Source of the DNA: a virus
Lineage: Duplodnaviria > Caudoviricetes
DNA: 64,000 nucleotides
Direction: 5' to 3' (one strand)
Virus record (IMG/VR): IMGVR_UViG_3300047160_036266
Location: 32,001 to 96,000 of that record
Numbering within the stretch: the stretch's first letter is position 1; every line of letters begins with the position of its first letter. The notes beneath the pieces are model-generated. The model was given only the letters and a program-made list of their open reading frames with translations, did not search any database and was not told where the DNA came from. The position numbers were made by a program, and so were the translations under genes. This document shows, piece by piece, positions 45,216 through 54,739 of the stretch.

Positions 45216-46542
45216 TCTGTGCCTTTCTTCCAATCGGTTTGAGCTTGTTGAGGGAACGCCCCGCCATGCAGTTCACCTTCAGGCTCAATCCAGGGCACAG
45301 GTCGCTTTCGGCCTCCAGTATTGCCTTCGCCGTCTTGTAGACGGACTGCCAGTTGTCCTTGGTCGCCAGAACGATATAACCGTCGTGGATATGAAACGCC
45401 ACGGGTACACTCCTGTGCAGGTGAATTAGCTTGTCGAGACAAATGATAGATGCAGGTGCTTGCACCACAAAGTTGCGCACCAGATATGCCTTGTCCGGGA
45501 AATCCCGGCGTCGGCCAAAGCGGTCCTTGGCGAAGCGGGCCGACTCAACATCCTTTTGATGCTGCTCAACCCAACCCACCGCCTCCGAAAATATTTCCCC
45601 GACCCGGTTCACAATGGCCAGGGCCGTGTCGTAGGAAATATTCAATTTCTCCGAAAGGGTCTTTGCCGACTGCCCGTATATAGTCGGCAGAAAGAACTTT
45701 TTTGCTATTTCCCGGTTATCGCACTTCTTGCCGATAACCATTTCAAAAACAGCCGTATAAAAGTCCGACGCTTTCCCCAAGACCTCGCCCAGCTTTTTAT
45801 CGCCGGAGAGCCACTGAAGGACGGCCACTTCCATATTGCGGTAGTCAAAATACATGAAGACCTGACCAATCTCCGGTGGGTTGAGACTGGCCCGGTCGTC
45901 GGCGTTCAGAGCATGGGGGACGAAACCCAGGGCATAGCCCTTGTCACAGCGCAGGCGTCCGTTCTCCTGCCCGTCGATCTCGTAGTAGGCGTGGACGGCA
46001 GAACCCAGGCGGTAATCCAATATCCGCACCGTCTCCAAGGACGGAATGACGGTGGTAATGAGCGGCAGGTGGATTCGCTTGTAGATGGCCTGCATCCCTT
46101 CCCAGAGGCCACTGTTGAACACCGCCCGGACCCGGCTCAAAGCCTGCGCCAGAGACTCTGGGACGGGCTTGGAGAGGCCCAGGTAACTTTCGATGATCTT
46201 CAGGTCGATGAGCGCAGCCTCAACCTTGAAATCCTTGCTGCCGTGATAGCGCAGGTAGCTGAACAGGTTCTTGAGGTTCCAGCCAATTACCTTGCGCCCA
46301 GGCCCGAATACGGACGCCTGGAGCATGGTCCACACCACCAATACATTGTCCTTGTCAAAACCCAACCGAACCTCGGTGCCCTCCTGACCACAAATAACCA
46401 ATTCCGCCTTGCCCGCCACGGTAAAGTCAAGTACCTCCGGGTGCGTATAAACGTACACGGTCTGCCCTTTGGCGACATCGGCCAGCATCGTTGCAGCTTG
46501 CATAAACGACATGAGCAACACCCCGCAGAAGCGTTGCCCCAT
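45181..46542 (-). CDS. Compact family-A DNA polymerase-like protein
   Basis: Motif A FDYRNMEVAVL, motif B REIAKKFFLPTIYG, motif C IHDGY. Confidence 0.8.
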   Translation of the reverse strand: MGQRFCGVLLMSFMQAATMLADVAKGQTVYVYTHPEVLDFTVAGKAELVICGQEGTEVRLGFDKDNVLVVWTMLQASVFGPGRKVIGWNLKNLFSYLRYHGSKDFKVEAALIDLKIIESYLGLSKPVPESLAQALSRVRAVFNSGLWEGMQAIYKRIHLPLITTVIPSLETVRILDYRLGSAVHAYYEIDGQENGRLRCDKGYALGFVPHALNADDRASLNPPEIGQVFMYFDYRNMEVAVLQWLSGDKKLGEVLGKASDFYTAVFEMVIGKKCDNREIAKKFFLPTIYGQSAKTLSEKLNISYDTALAIVNRVGEIFSEAVGWVEQHQKDVESARFAKDRFGRRRDFPDKAYLVRNFVVQAPASIICLDKLIHLHRSVPVAFHIHDGYIVLATKDNWQSVYKTAKAILEAESDLCPGLSLKVNCMAGRSLNKLKPIGRKAQNENNNGDVPDS

Positions 46543-46689
46543 GTTACAGCATTATATTGCAGGCAACAACCAAAGAAAGCTTTGACACGAGAAATGTCCG
46601 GCTGTGCGCATACCACCGGCCCGGATGATGTGTAGTAGTGTGCTAAGAAAGAAGGTACTACTACCTTTAGTAGTAGGCGCAAAGCACAA

Positions 46690-46975
46690 AAAACACTCAT
46701 CTATTCCGCTTTGGTCATGGTTTTATAGGAACCGCTAATCTCGCTACCCATTTGTTGAGACTGCCGAAGCAGTCCATCCGGTTATGATGGGTAGGTGAAC
46801 CCGGTCCTCTAGCACTCAGGAGTCGGTGAGGCTCCCCAAGGATAAAGTGCCAGCTTAGGCGTGTTATTCCCGTGGCACCCGTGCTAATGGTTCTTAGCAG
46901 CAAATAAGCGGGAACCAATCTGAAAACCGCTTATCATCAACCCCCATTGTACCCGAAGGAAAGTGGCTGATCTAG
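46690..46975 (-). ncRNA. Candidate structured ncRNA in an ORF-free gap
   Basis: Several stems including gactgc-UUCG-gcagtc. Confidence 0.35.
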
Positions 46976-46976
46976 G

Positions 46977-47330
46977 CTAGATTCCAAATAATGGCGCTGA
47001 TATAGTTGTCGAGATGAACTCCGTGATTTTGCCGAAGCACTGCCTCGCATGGTCTTCCGGCACCAGCCGGTAGTGAGTCGATTCCAGGGTCCGGCGACCA
47101 CTTAGCCAGAAGGCAACCAGGCGGTGATGGCCATTGAGAAGCTGGAATGCGCCGTCCGAACAGTGGGACAAGGCCATAGGAGGCAGGGACTCCCCACGGT
47201 TGAGAGTCTGTATCATACCAGGAATCTGCTCCTGGCGATATAGGTGTGACTGCGACAGCCAAATATCGGCAATCTGAATGCTACCGCTGAAAGTCCATCG
47301 CCGTAGGTTGCTGCGGATGACGGTTTGCAT
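46977..47330 (-). CDS. ParB-like N-terminal-domain protein
   Basis: LPPM....DGAFQLLNGHHRL; TATATA 5 nt before ATG. Confidence 0.55.
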   Translation of the reverse strand: MQTVIRSNLRRWTFSGSIQIADIWLSQSHLYRQEQIPGMIQTLNRGESLPPMALSHCSDGAFQLLNGHHRLVAFWLSGRRTLESTHYRLVPEDHARQCFGKITEFISTTISAPLFGI

Positions 47331-47370
47331 GACCCTATATAGACAGGGCCAGCCTGCCTATAATACCCCT

Positions 47371-48090
47371 ATGGTGGCTCATTATACAAACGTCAATTAT
47401 CAAAATATAACCATGCACTCCGGCAAGGTGATGCTGGGCTGGGATCAAGAGATTCGTAGTGTCTTCCACGAAATCGTGGACCGTGACTGCTATCGCATCA
47501 ACGGTCTGCGCGACCTGGCCACGGTGGTTGATGTTGGTGCCCACTTCGGCGTATTCAGCTACCGCATCCACGAAACCAACCCGCAAGCCAAGATTATTTC
47601 CGTGGAGTGCTACGACCGGAACGTGCAATGCCTCCACAAAAACCTGGAAGGCATTGCCGAGATCGTACCCGCCGCCCTGTGCTACGAAGGCGATCCGGTC
47701 TTCCTCGCCTGCCCCACCGTTTCGGGCGGCGGCTGGGTCACAACCAACAAGAATCCCTTCGACCGGAAGAACTATGTCGAGTCCAACCTGGCCCTTACCA
47801 AAATCACCCTCGAAGAAATAATGCAAAAATATAGCCTGGAGCGTGTCTCCCTGCTCAAGCTCGACTGCGAAGGCTGTGAATACGATTTATTTGAAAATTG
47901 CACCTGCCTCGATAAAGTCGATAGGATTGTGGGTGAGTGGCACGCCTATGACTGGCCGCATAATATTTCCTGGGGCCACGGCAGATTTCAGAACGTCGTT
48001 AGCCGGAAACTCCCTAACTGGCAAACCGATTATCGTGTCCTTGATGATCGTTTGGGTTATTTCACATTGGTTAATATGGGACAAAAATAG
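47371..48090 (+). CDS. FkbM-family methyltransferase
   Basis: VVDVGAHFG, LKLDCEGCE; start position uncertain. Confidence 0.85.
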   Translation: MVAHYTNVNYQNITMHSGKVMLGWDQEIRSVFHEIVDRDCYRINGLRDLATVVDVGAHFGVFSYRIHETNPQAKIISVECYDRNVQCLHKNLEGIAEIVPAALCYEGDPVFLACPTVSGGGWVTTNKNPFDRKNYVESNLALTKITLEEIMQKYSLERVSLLKLDCEGCEYDLFENCTCLDKVDRIVGEWHAYDWPHNISWGHGRFQNVVSRKLPNWQTDYRVLDDRLGYFTLVNMGQK

Positions 48091-48091
48091 T

Positions 48092-48099
48092 TATAAATA
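48092..48099 (+). promoter_or_regulatory. T4-type late promoter TATAAATA
   Basis: Exact motif in an intergenic gap. Confidence 0.55.
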
Positions 48100-48149
48100 C
48101 CTATACATTTCTTTCGGAAAAAGAAATATGACCTGGGGGTTTGGGTAAG

Positions 48150-48827
48150 ATGGATACTTTGGCCTTCCAAGAAGTGGCGCTATATTACGGCATGGACCCG
48201 GACCAGGCTTTAGCCTACCAATTGTGCCTGGTCTGGCTGGAAAACTCACGCAAACTCTTCCCCGATTATCAGCACTACCGGATGCCGAAGAAGGGCGACC
48301 CCCGCAAGTCGATGCTCTTCAAATACTGCTATAAGCTCGTCCGAGAAACGAAGGGCCTCATTCCCGACGACGAATACCAGATTTATATTTGGGCGCAACT
48401 CGTTATGCTGAAAGCTATTACGGACGGCAAGGAGCATCCACTGGTGGACCCGCAGATATTGGTGGGTGACAAGGCATGGGTGCGCTGGCGCATTTATAAG
48501 AAGAAATTCGACCAGAAGAAGAAGGTACTGGATGGGGATGCGGTTGTGCAGGTGAGCCAGGTGGCAGAGGCCCTGGAGCGGACCAAGGCGTTCCTGTTCA
48601 AGCACTTCCAGGGGCAGCCAACCTTCGAGGACATGCAGGAGGCGCTGGATAACAAGAACCTGCTGCGCTGGGCGGCGGACAAGCGCTTATCGCCCTATTA
48701 TCTGGCGAATAGCAAAAATATTTATAAACTGTTTCCAAACGGATTGAATATAAATCTGGACTTGGACGTGTATCGAACGCCGGAAGCGCTGGCGGCGTAT
48801 GAGGAAGTGTTCGCCTACGAGTTATAA
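48150..48827 (+). CDS. Hypothetical protein
   Basis: ORF track. Confidence 0.6.
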   Translation: MDTLAFQEVALYYGMDPDQALAYQLCLVWLENSRKLFPDYQHYRMPKKGDPRKSMLFKYCYKLVRETKGLIPDDEYQIYIWAQLVMLKAITDGKEHPLVDPQILVGDKAWVRWRIYKKKFDQKKKVLDGDAVVQVSQVAEALERTKAFLFKHFQGQPTFEDMQEALDNKNLLRWAADKRLSPYYLANSKNIYKLFPNGLNINLDLDVYRTPEALAAYEEVFAYEL

Positions 48828-49793
48828 TTCCGGCCACTCTTCCTTCTTCTTTTCCTTGACCGGACGGTTCTTCCATAGCTGCAACACTTTAGGGAGCAGG
48901 GCCATGCGGGTGTAGATGCCGTTCTTGACCTGTCGCCAGATGGCGCAGCGCTTATCTTCCTCGATCCATTCGGGAATTTCTTCGTTGCGGGGAAGGGGGT
49001 GAAGAATAACCGCCTTCTTCTTCATGGAGTGGAGCATGTTGCTTTCCACTGGCCATTTCCAGCTTTTATTTTCAAATTCTTCCTGGGCTTCGGCGGGCCA
49101 CCGCTCCTTCTGGGGGCGGATGAGGTAAAACACGTCGATCTCGTGGGCCGTTTTGAAGCGGTCCACGTCCTCGTACATCTTATTCTTGCACGACCAGTAG
49201 TGCCATTTGAACTGGTCTTCCAGCCCCAGGCCCTTGGGGTACGCAAGGTAGGCCGTGACCTCGAACTGCTGAAGCAGGTTAAGCAGGGAGTGAGCGGTAC
49301 GGCTATGGCGAAGATCGCCCAGGAACATGATGTTGAGGCCGTCGATGGTGCCCAACTCCTGCTGAATGGTAAACAGGTCAAGGAGGGCCTGCGTTGGATG
49401 CTCCCCATCGCCATTGCCGGCATTGATTAAAGGAACATCACTCACACGGGACGCTTCGACCAAAGCGTTGCGGTCGGGATGGCGAACCACGATCACGTCG
49501 GCGTACTGTCCCACGGTTTTGATGTTGTCTTGAAGGCTCTCGCCCTTGCGCAGAGACGTGGTATCGGACTCGGTGACGCTAAGAACGGAGCCGCCCAGCC
49601 GCTTCATGGCTGTCTCAAAGGATAGACGGGTGCGGGTGGAAGGTTCAAAGAACATGGCAGCCAATATGTGGTTGGGCAAGGTCTTGACCTCTTCCCATTT
49701 GCCCTCCTCGACTTGGTACTTGATCTTGGCGGCGGTGGCGAGCAGGTCCAGTACGAAGGCGCGATCCAAAAAGCGTGTCGAGATGACGTGCAT
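48822..49793 (-). CDS. pyrB: Aspartate carbamoyltransferase catalytic subunit
   Basis: FFEPSTRTRLSFE, GESLQD, INAG..EHPTQAL, GDL..SRT, HPLPR. Confidence 0.95.
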   Translation of the reverse strand: MHVISTRFLDRAFVLDLLATAAKIKYQVEEGKWEEVKTLPNHILAAMFFEPSTRTRLSFETAMKRLGGSVLSVTESDTTSLRKGESLQDNIKTVGQYADVIVVRHPDRNALVEASRVSDVPLINAGNGDGEHPTQALLDLFTIQQELGTIDGLNIMFLGDLRHSRTAHSLLNLLQQFEVTAYLAYPKGLGLEDQFKWHYWSCKNKMYEDVDRFKTAHEIDVFYLIRPQKERWPAEAQEEFENKSWKWPVESNMLHSMKKKAVILHPLPRNEEIPEWIEEDKRCAIWRQVKNGIYTRMALLPKVLQLWKNRPVKEKKKEEWPEL

Positions 49794-49835
49794 GGCCCCT
49801 CCTGTTCGTAAAATCAGTGCATTATAACAGGTGCT

Positions 49836-50642
49836 TTAGTAGGAGGCCAAGAGTTTAACCGTGCAGTCCGTGATTTCTTCCTGGGGCTGAGTAGGCATGA
49901 ACACTTCGTCCCAGCGGGAAACCCTCGACCTCCACTCATGCTGACGGGTCCGGGAAATGATTTCGTTGCCCCAGCAATGGATGACACCAAGTTGGGGTGT
50001 AAAGACGAGGTTGATGTCGAACTGCTCGCAACGCAGTTGAGTGGGGAGTTCAACGCCGTGGCCCCGGTAGGAGTGCCAGATGATGTAGTAGGTGTCAGAC
50101 ACCTTGCGGACGCCCTCTTGAATCATAATGAGGGGATGTTCCCGCCTGGTGGCATCGGCAATACGCATGACGAGGCGCTGGAATTCGGGGAAATAGTCCT
50201 TGGGAGCTTCCAGCATCGTGGTCTGGTCGAGGGAGGTCAATTCGTTGTAGATGACATGGGCGATATTGACTTCCTTGGCCTTGGCTTCGGAAAACTCCTG
50301 ACCCGCCAGGGGGATGACCTTCTTGCATATCCACAAAGGGTTCCCCTGAATGTCGGTAACGAGCTTGCGCAAGGTAATACGCAGCGAACCTAGCGGCGAG
50401 ACTTCGGCGGTCCAAGCCCCCGGTTGTTCGCCCCATTCGACGTGATCGGTGAATGTGCGCCGGGGTTCCTTAGTTCCGACTTTGCCCAGGTGAACAAGCT
50501 CCTTGATAAGCACGTCAAAGTTGAGGGGTTTGAGGAGATTTTCCCCCTGGTCGATGGGCCGGTTGAGTTGGAGGCTGTGCCGCCTGGAGTCAAAGCCGAA
50601 TGTTTCGTCGGCGGTTTTCGTGAACCATTCCCGGAACTGCAT
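49836..50642 (-). CDS. Hypothetical, putative virion protein
   Basis: MQFREWF N-terminus. Confidence 0.5.
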   Translation of the reverse strand: MQFREWFTKTADETFGFDSRRHSLQLNRPIDQGENLLKPLNFDVLIKELVHLGKVGTKEPRRTFTDHVEWGEQPGAWTAEVSPLGSLRITLRKLVTDIQGNPLWICKKVIPLAGQEFSEAKAKEVNIAHVIYNELTSLDQTTMLEAPKDYFPEFQRLVMRIADATRREHPLIMIQEGVRKVSDTYYIIWHSYRGHGVELPTQLRCEQFDINLVFTPQLGVIHCWGNEIISRTRQHEWRSRVSRWDEVFMPTQPQEEITDCTVKLLASY

Positions 50643-50816
50643 GTTATTTCCCATAGTCATCACCGCCCCAGCACGCCATTATGACCAATGCGGCCAGAGC
50701 CATAATCAACCCGCCGCCCAGCGAACCAACCAGGCCAAGGATGAAATCGTTATCCATATTTACCTCTCCCACTGTGAAAACGATACTGGTAAAATATATA
50801 GAAAAGGAGGTTCGCT

Positions 50817-51011
50817 ATGATGAAGTTCTTGGGCTGGGTCTTGGTGATCTTCACCCTGTTCTGCGTGTTTGGCTTTATCGTGGATTGGGTGGAACTGCAC
50901 AAGCACAATGCACCGGGCCAGGCGAATTTTTGCCTGACCGTCAACCACGGGAAGATTCACGATGACGTGACTGGCGTGGTCAACACGGTGGAGGGCTGGT
51001 TCCGCAAATGA
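50817..51011 (+). CDS. Small membrane protein
   Basis: AGGAGG RBS, N-terminal TM segment. Confidence 0.55.
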   Translation: MMKFLGWVLVIFTLFCVFGFIVDWVELHKHNAPGQANFCLTVNHGKIHDDVTGVVNTVEGWFRK

Positions 51012-51331
51012 CACGATTTAGCAAGTGGTTGGAATGGCGGCTGGGCCAAGACCCCCAGCAGATGCGCCGCATTATGATGGACTACCTTGATTTGAAGCTG
51101 GACCCAAAGAAGGGTATGACCATCACGATGGACACGCTTGGCCCCCGCACCGTCCACCATATTGCCGAGAAAATAAAAGGCTGGACCATTCTGGATGATA
51201 AACAGAAGGAATCCGCCCTGAGTGTGATTTATCAACCGAACTCCACTCTGGGCGACCTGTCGGATGCCCTGGCGAGCGGCGGTCCTCGTCCGGTGCCTGG
51301 ACCAGAGCAGTCCGCTGCGGAGGGGCTGTAG
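51008..51331 (+). CDS. Hypothetical, putative virion protein
   Basis: MTRFSKWLE N-terminus. Confidence 0.5.
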   Translation: MTRFSKWLEWRLGQDPQQMRRIMMDYLDLKLDPKKGMTITMDTLGPRTVHHIAEKIKGWTILDDKQKESALSVIYQPNSTLGDLSDALASGGPRPVPGPEQSAAEGL

Positions 51332-51344
51332 CTAGAATAATGGT

Positions 51345-52175
51345 ATGGGACTACCACCTTTATTCACGCAGCGTATGTTGATGTGCTGGCCCAGGCACTA
51401 CAAAGTATCTTATGAAATCAACCCTTGGATGGATGCACACAGCCCCGACAAGGCCGTAAATAGGCCGTTGGCGCTGCGACAGTGGCTCAACCTGCATCAC
51501 ACCCTTATAAAGCTCGGCGTCTTTGTCGAGTATATCGAATCTTCTCCTTCTGTCCCTGACCTCGTATTCACTGCCAACGCCGGCTTGCCATACGGCAAAA
51601 AGGTAGTGCTGTCGAATTTCAAATACAAGGAACGGCAGAAGGAGAAGCGTAAATTCAAAAAATGGTTCGAGGACCACAAGCTGGATGTCCACGTTCTGCC
51701 CAGGAAACTCCACTTCGAGGGGGCCGGCGATGCGCTATTTCTGGATGACACTCTATTTTGTGGCTATGGTTTTCGCTCTGATTACCTCGCTCACGTTGGG
51801 GTGGCTGATGCGCTGGGAGTCAAGAAACTGGTTCTACTCAAGCTTATCGACCCTCGCTATTATCATCTGGATACCTGTTTTTGCCCTCTGCGTCATAACA
51901 CGGCTCTTGTGTTCCCCGACGCCTTCGACCCCGAAAGCCTCGCCGTAATGGACCTGAACCTCAACATGGTCCCGGTGCCGCCCCAGGAGGCCGAACACTT
52001 CGCCTGCAATGCCGTGGTCGTCGGCGTCAACGACGTAATTATCCCCAAAGGATGTCCCTTGACACGGGAGCGGCTTATCGGGGAAAACTTCAGAGTGTAT
52101 GAGCTTGAGATGGGCGAGTTCATCAAAGCTGGTGGTGCGTGTAAATGTTTAACCCTCAATTTGGGATCGTTATGA
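51345..52175 (+). CDS. Amidinotransferase / dimethylarginine dimethylaminohydrolase-family enzyme
   Basis: YEINPWM, PDLVFTANAG, FEGAGD, YHLDTCF, GGACKC. Confidence 0.9.
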   Translation: MGLPPLFTQRMLMCWPRHYKVSYEINPWMDAHSPDKAVNRPLALRQWLNLHHTLIKLGVFVEYIESSPSVPDLVFTANAGLPYGKKVVLSNFKYKERQKEKRKFKKWFEDHKLDVHVLPRKLHFEGAGDALFLDDTLFCGYGFRSDYLAHVGVADALGVKKLVLLKLIDPRYYHLDTCFCPLRHNTALVFPDAFDPESLAVMDLNLNMVPVPPQEAEHFACNAVVVGVNDVIIPKGCPLTRERLIGENFRVYELEMGEFIKAGGACKCLTLNLGSL

Positions 52176-53110
52176 TGAAACAGATCAGCATGGACTTGGT
52201 TCGCGTGACGGAGGCCGCTGCTATCTCTGCGTCTGCCTGGATCGGGAGCGGGAACAAAGAAGAGGCCGACCGTGCCGCTACCGAATCCATGCGCGAGCGA
52301 CTGAACCAGCTTCCCATGTACGGTGTCATCCGTATTGGGGAAGGTAAAAAGGACGGGGCACCTGGCCTGTTTCGAGATGAAGAAGTGGGAGGACTCAAAG
52401 ACGCTCACATTCATTTGCCCTCCTTCGACATCGCCGTGGACCCCATCGACGGCACCACCCAGACCAGCATCGCCGGCCCGGAAGCCATGAGTGTGCTTGG
52501 GGTTGCGGAAGGTGGCTGCATGTTCCAGACGGATGAGTTTTACATGCTCAAACTGGCCTACGGCCCACAAATAGCTGCCAAGACTATGCTCACCGTCAAT
52601 TCTCCCCTGCAAGAAAATTTGAATCGTGCGGCGAAGGCGCTGGGCAAGGACATCACCAAGCTCACGGTTTGTATTTTGAATCGGCCCCGCCACGAGCAAT
52701 ACATCAATATAATGCGCGAAGTGGGTTGCCGGATCAAACTGATTCAGGACTGCGATATTTCCGGGGCCATTGCCACCTGTTTGCCCGACAGCGGCGTGGA
52801 CCTGCTTTTTGGCATTGGCGGTGCCCCGGAGGCCGTGCTGACTGCCTGTGCGATGAAGTGCCTGGGTGGTTATATGACCACGCTGGTTTGGAATAAAGAC
52901 AACGGCCAGCAGACTGGTTATACGCCACGCGAGCCGTACACGCAAAATCATCTGGTGCAGGGGAATTGTTGCTTTGCCGCCACCGGCGTCACCCACGGCA
53001 GCTTGCTCAAGGGCGTCCGCTGGACTTCCCGTGGTCCCGTCACTAACAGTGTCTTTATGCGCTCTGAGAGTGGAACGATCCGGTGGCTGACGGTGGAGCA
53101 TGGGAACTAG
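52172..53110 (+). CDS. glpX: Class II fructose-1,6-bisphosphatase (possibly also SBPase)
   Basis: LVRVTEAAA..GEG.KD.AP..DIAVDPIDGT..GIGGAPEAV..FAATGVT. Confidence 0.95.
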   Translation: MMKQISMDLVRVTEAAAISASAWIGSGNKEEADRAATESMRERLNQLPMYGVIRIGEGKKDGAPGLFRDEEVGGLKDAHIHLPSFDIAVDPIDGTTQTSIAGPEAMSVLGVAEGGCMFQTDEFYMLKLAYGPQIAAKTMLTVNSPLQENLNRAAKALGKDITKLTVCILNRPRHEQYINIMREVGCRIKLIQDCDISGAIATCLPDSGVDLLFGIGGAPEAVLTACAMKCLGGYMTTLVWNKDNGQQTGYTPREPYTQNHLVQGNCCFAATGVTHGSLLKGVRWTSRGPVTNSVFMRSESGTIRWLTVEHGN

Positions 53111-53144
53111 GTTTACAAGTCGCCCCTTTCTGGAGTAATATAAC

Positions 53145-53753
53145 GTGGAGTTTGTCTTTATCCGACACGGGCAGAGCGAACACAATGCCCATCTTACCAC
53201 CGACCTGGACAGCGCCATCACGCCCGCCGGCGCTCAGCAGGCGAAAGAGTTGGGGAAGTGGCTGAATGCAAACTGGCCGTCTATCAGCACTTACGAGGGC
53301 CTATGTTCACCGTACCTGCGGTGCTTGCAAACGGCCCGGATACTGAAGGAGGAGTGCGGGCTGCGTAGCACGGTCGATCCAGGGCCGATGGAAATTCGTA
53401 TAGGATTTTTCCAGCCGGAAGTGCCGTGCCGGGTGGATGAGTACCGGGACATGAATTGGGACTTGTTCCCGGAGCCGATGAAGCTGGGCCGAGAGACAAT
53501 GGAGGAGTTCATGGCCCGGATGCAGGGCTTCTTGGACACCTTCGGGGTAAAGGGGAGGCATCCGGGCAAGAGTTGGTGGGAGCGCTGGGTGGTCATCAGC
53601 CACGGAACGCCGTGTGAGACGCTGGCAGAACTGGCGGCAGGGATATATAGAGTGCCTACCGACTTCGATAAGATGAAGAATTGTTCGCTGTCGTGGGTGG
53701 ATCAGGGCGAGATCGTTTATTTCAACAAGGTGGTTTATGGAGATCACGGATGA
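53145..53753 (+). CDS. Histidine phosphatase (phosphoglycerate mutase-like)
   Basis: FIRHGQS, CSPYLRC.QTA, VISHG. Confidence 0.85.
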   Translation: MEFVFIRHGQSEHNAHLTTDLDSAITPAGAQQAKELGKWLNANWPSISTYEGLCSPYLRCLQTARILKEECGLRSTVDPGPMEIRIGFFQPEVPCRVDEYRDMNWDLFPEPMKLGRETMEEFMARMQGFLDTFGVKGRHPGKSWWERWVVISHGTPCETLAELAAGIYRVPTDFDKMKNCSLSWVDQGEIVYFNKVVYGDHG

Positions 53754-54183
53754 ACTGCTGGGCCGGTTCGTCAACGGGCAGTTCGAGTGGCAGCACATGG
53801 GGGAGGGCTGGATGTACCGGGGCCAGATTGCGGGCATCCAGATCGAGAAGAACCCCCGCCAGGGTGACATCTGGTTCAACTACAAGGTGACGATCCAGTT
53901 CGATTGGGTGGCGGAATTAAAAAAGGACCGGGGTGTGTGGGTCGAAATACCTGATAGGAGCATCACGTTCGACACCATGCTCTACAGCTTCAACTGGCTT
54001 GGTGCCAGTTTGCATCGCCCCGGTGAACGACTTGGAATGATGTCTCAGGTAACGGGGGAGTTGGGTGTCTTCTTCCCCCCAGGTGGCAGCGCTTTGGAAC
54101 GGGAGTCCATTCTGCCAAGAGAGGATAAAGATGGCTCGGAAGCCGGACCCGGAGTTGGTCAAGATGACCAAATCGCCGGATGA
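53737..54183 (+). CDS. Hypothetical protein
   Basis: ORF in operon. Confidence 0.55.
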   Translation: MEITDELLGRFVNGQFEWQHMGEGWMYRGQIAGIQIEKNPRQGDIWFNYKVTIQFDWVAELKKDRGVWVEIPDRSITFDTMLYSFNWLGASLHRPGERLGMMSQVTGELGVFFPPGGSALERESILPREDKDGSEAGPGVGQDDQIAG

Positions 54184-54739
54184 GTTATATCAGTGGCAGC
54201 GCAGTGTTGCCACCACCAAGGCCAAGGAAGTTATCCAAGCCTTGATGTACAAACTTCAGTCCAACTACGACGAGGGGAAGCCTTTCAAGTGGACTTTCCC
54301 CGACACGATCTCGACCATGAAGGAGGTTGTCAAGGAATTGGTGGTTGAGGCGATGGAGGCGCAGGGCTGGAAGATGAAGAAGGAAAAAGGCCGCTCCTAC
54401 ACCATCAGCAAAGGGTCCGCTTCTGCTTCTTCCGGCGAGGATTGGTACGGCACCGTTAAGATCGCCGGGGAGAATAGCGGCATCAGCCTGTTGGTAGTGA
54501 AGACCAACCCGGAAATGGAGACGGGCTACGACATCATCACCAGTTCCGACGAGGGCGGTTTGGACCACCACCCGGACAACTGGCATAAGCATGTGGCCGG
54601 TGACGACGTTCATGTTCTGCATGAGGACTCCGGCTGGACCTGGATCGGCAGAATCCACGGCGAGGCGACACCGGCGGAAGTGCAGGCCCTTGAGTTGTTG
54701 AAAATCCACCACGACGGAGGCAAACCGAAAGCAGCATGA
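54131..54739 (+). CDS. Hypothetical protein
   Basis: ORF in operon. Confidence 0.55.
   Translation: MARKPDPELVKMTKSPDELYQWQRSVATTKAKEVIQALMYKLQSNYDEGKPFKWTFPDTISTMKEVVKELVVEAMEAQGWKMKKEKGRSYTISKGSASASSGEDWYGTVKIAGENSGISLLVVKTNPEMETGYDIITSSDEGGLDHHPDNWHKHVAGDDVHVLHEDSGWTWIGRIHGEATPAEVQALELLKIHHDGGKPKAA

Noticed and set aside
46944-46965. SRP RNA or c-di-AMP riboswitch-like 'cccgaaggaaag'
   Set aside because: Only a short motif resemblance; the flanking conserved helices are absent.
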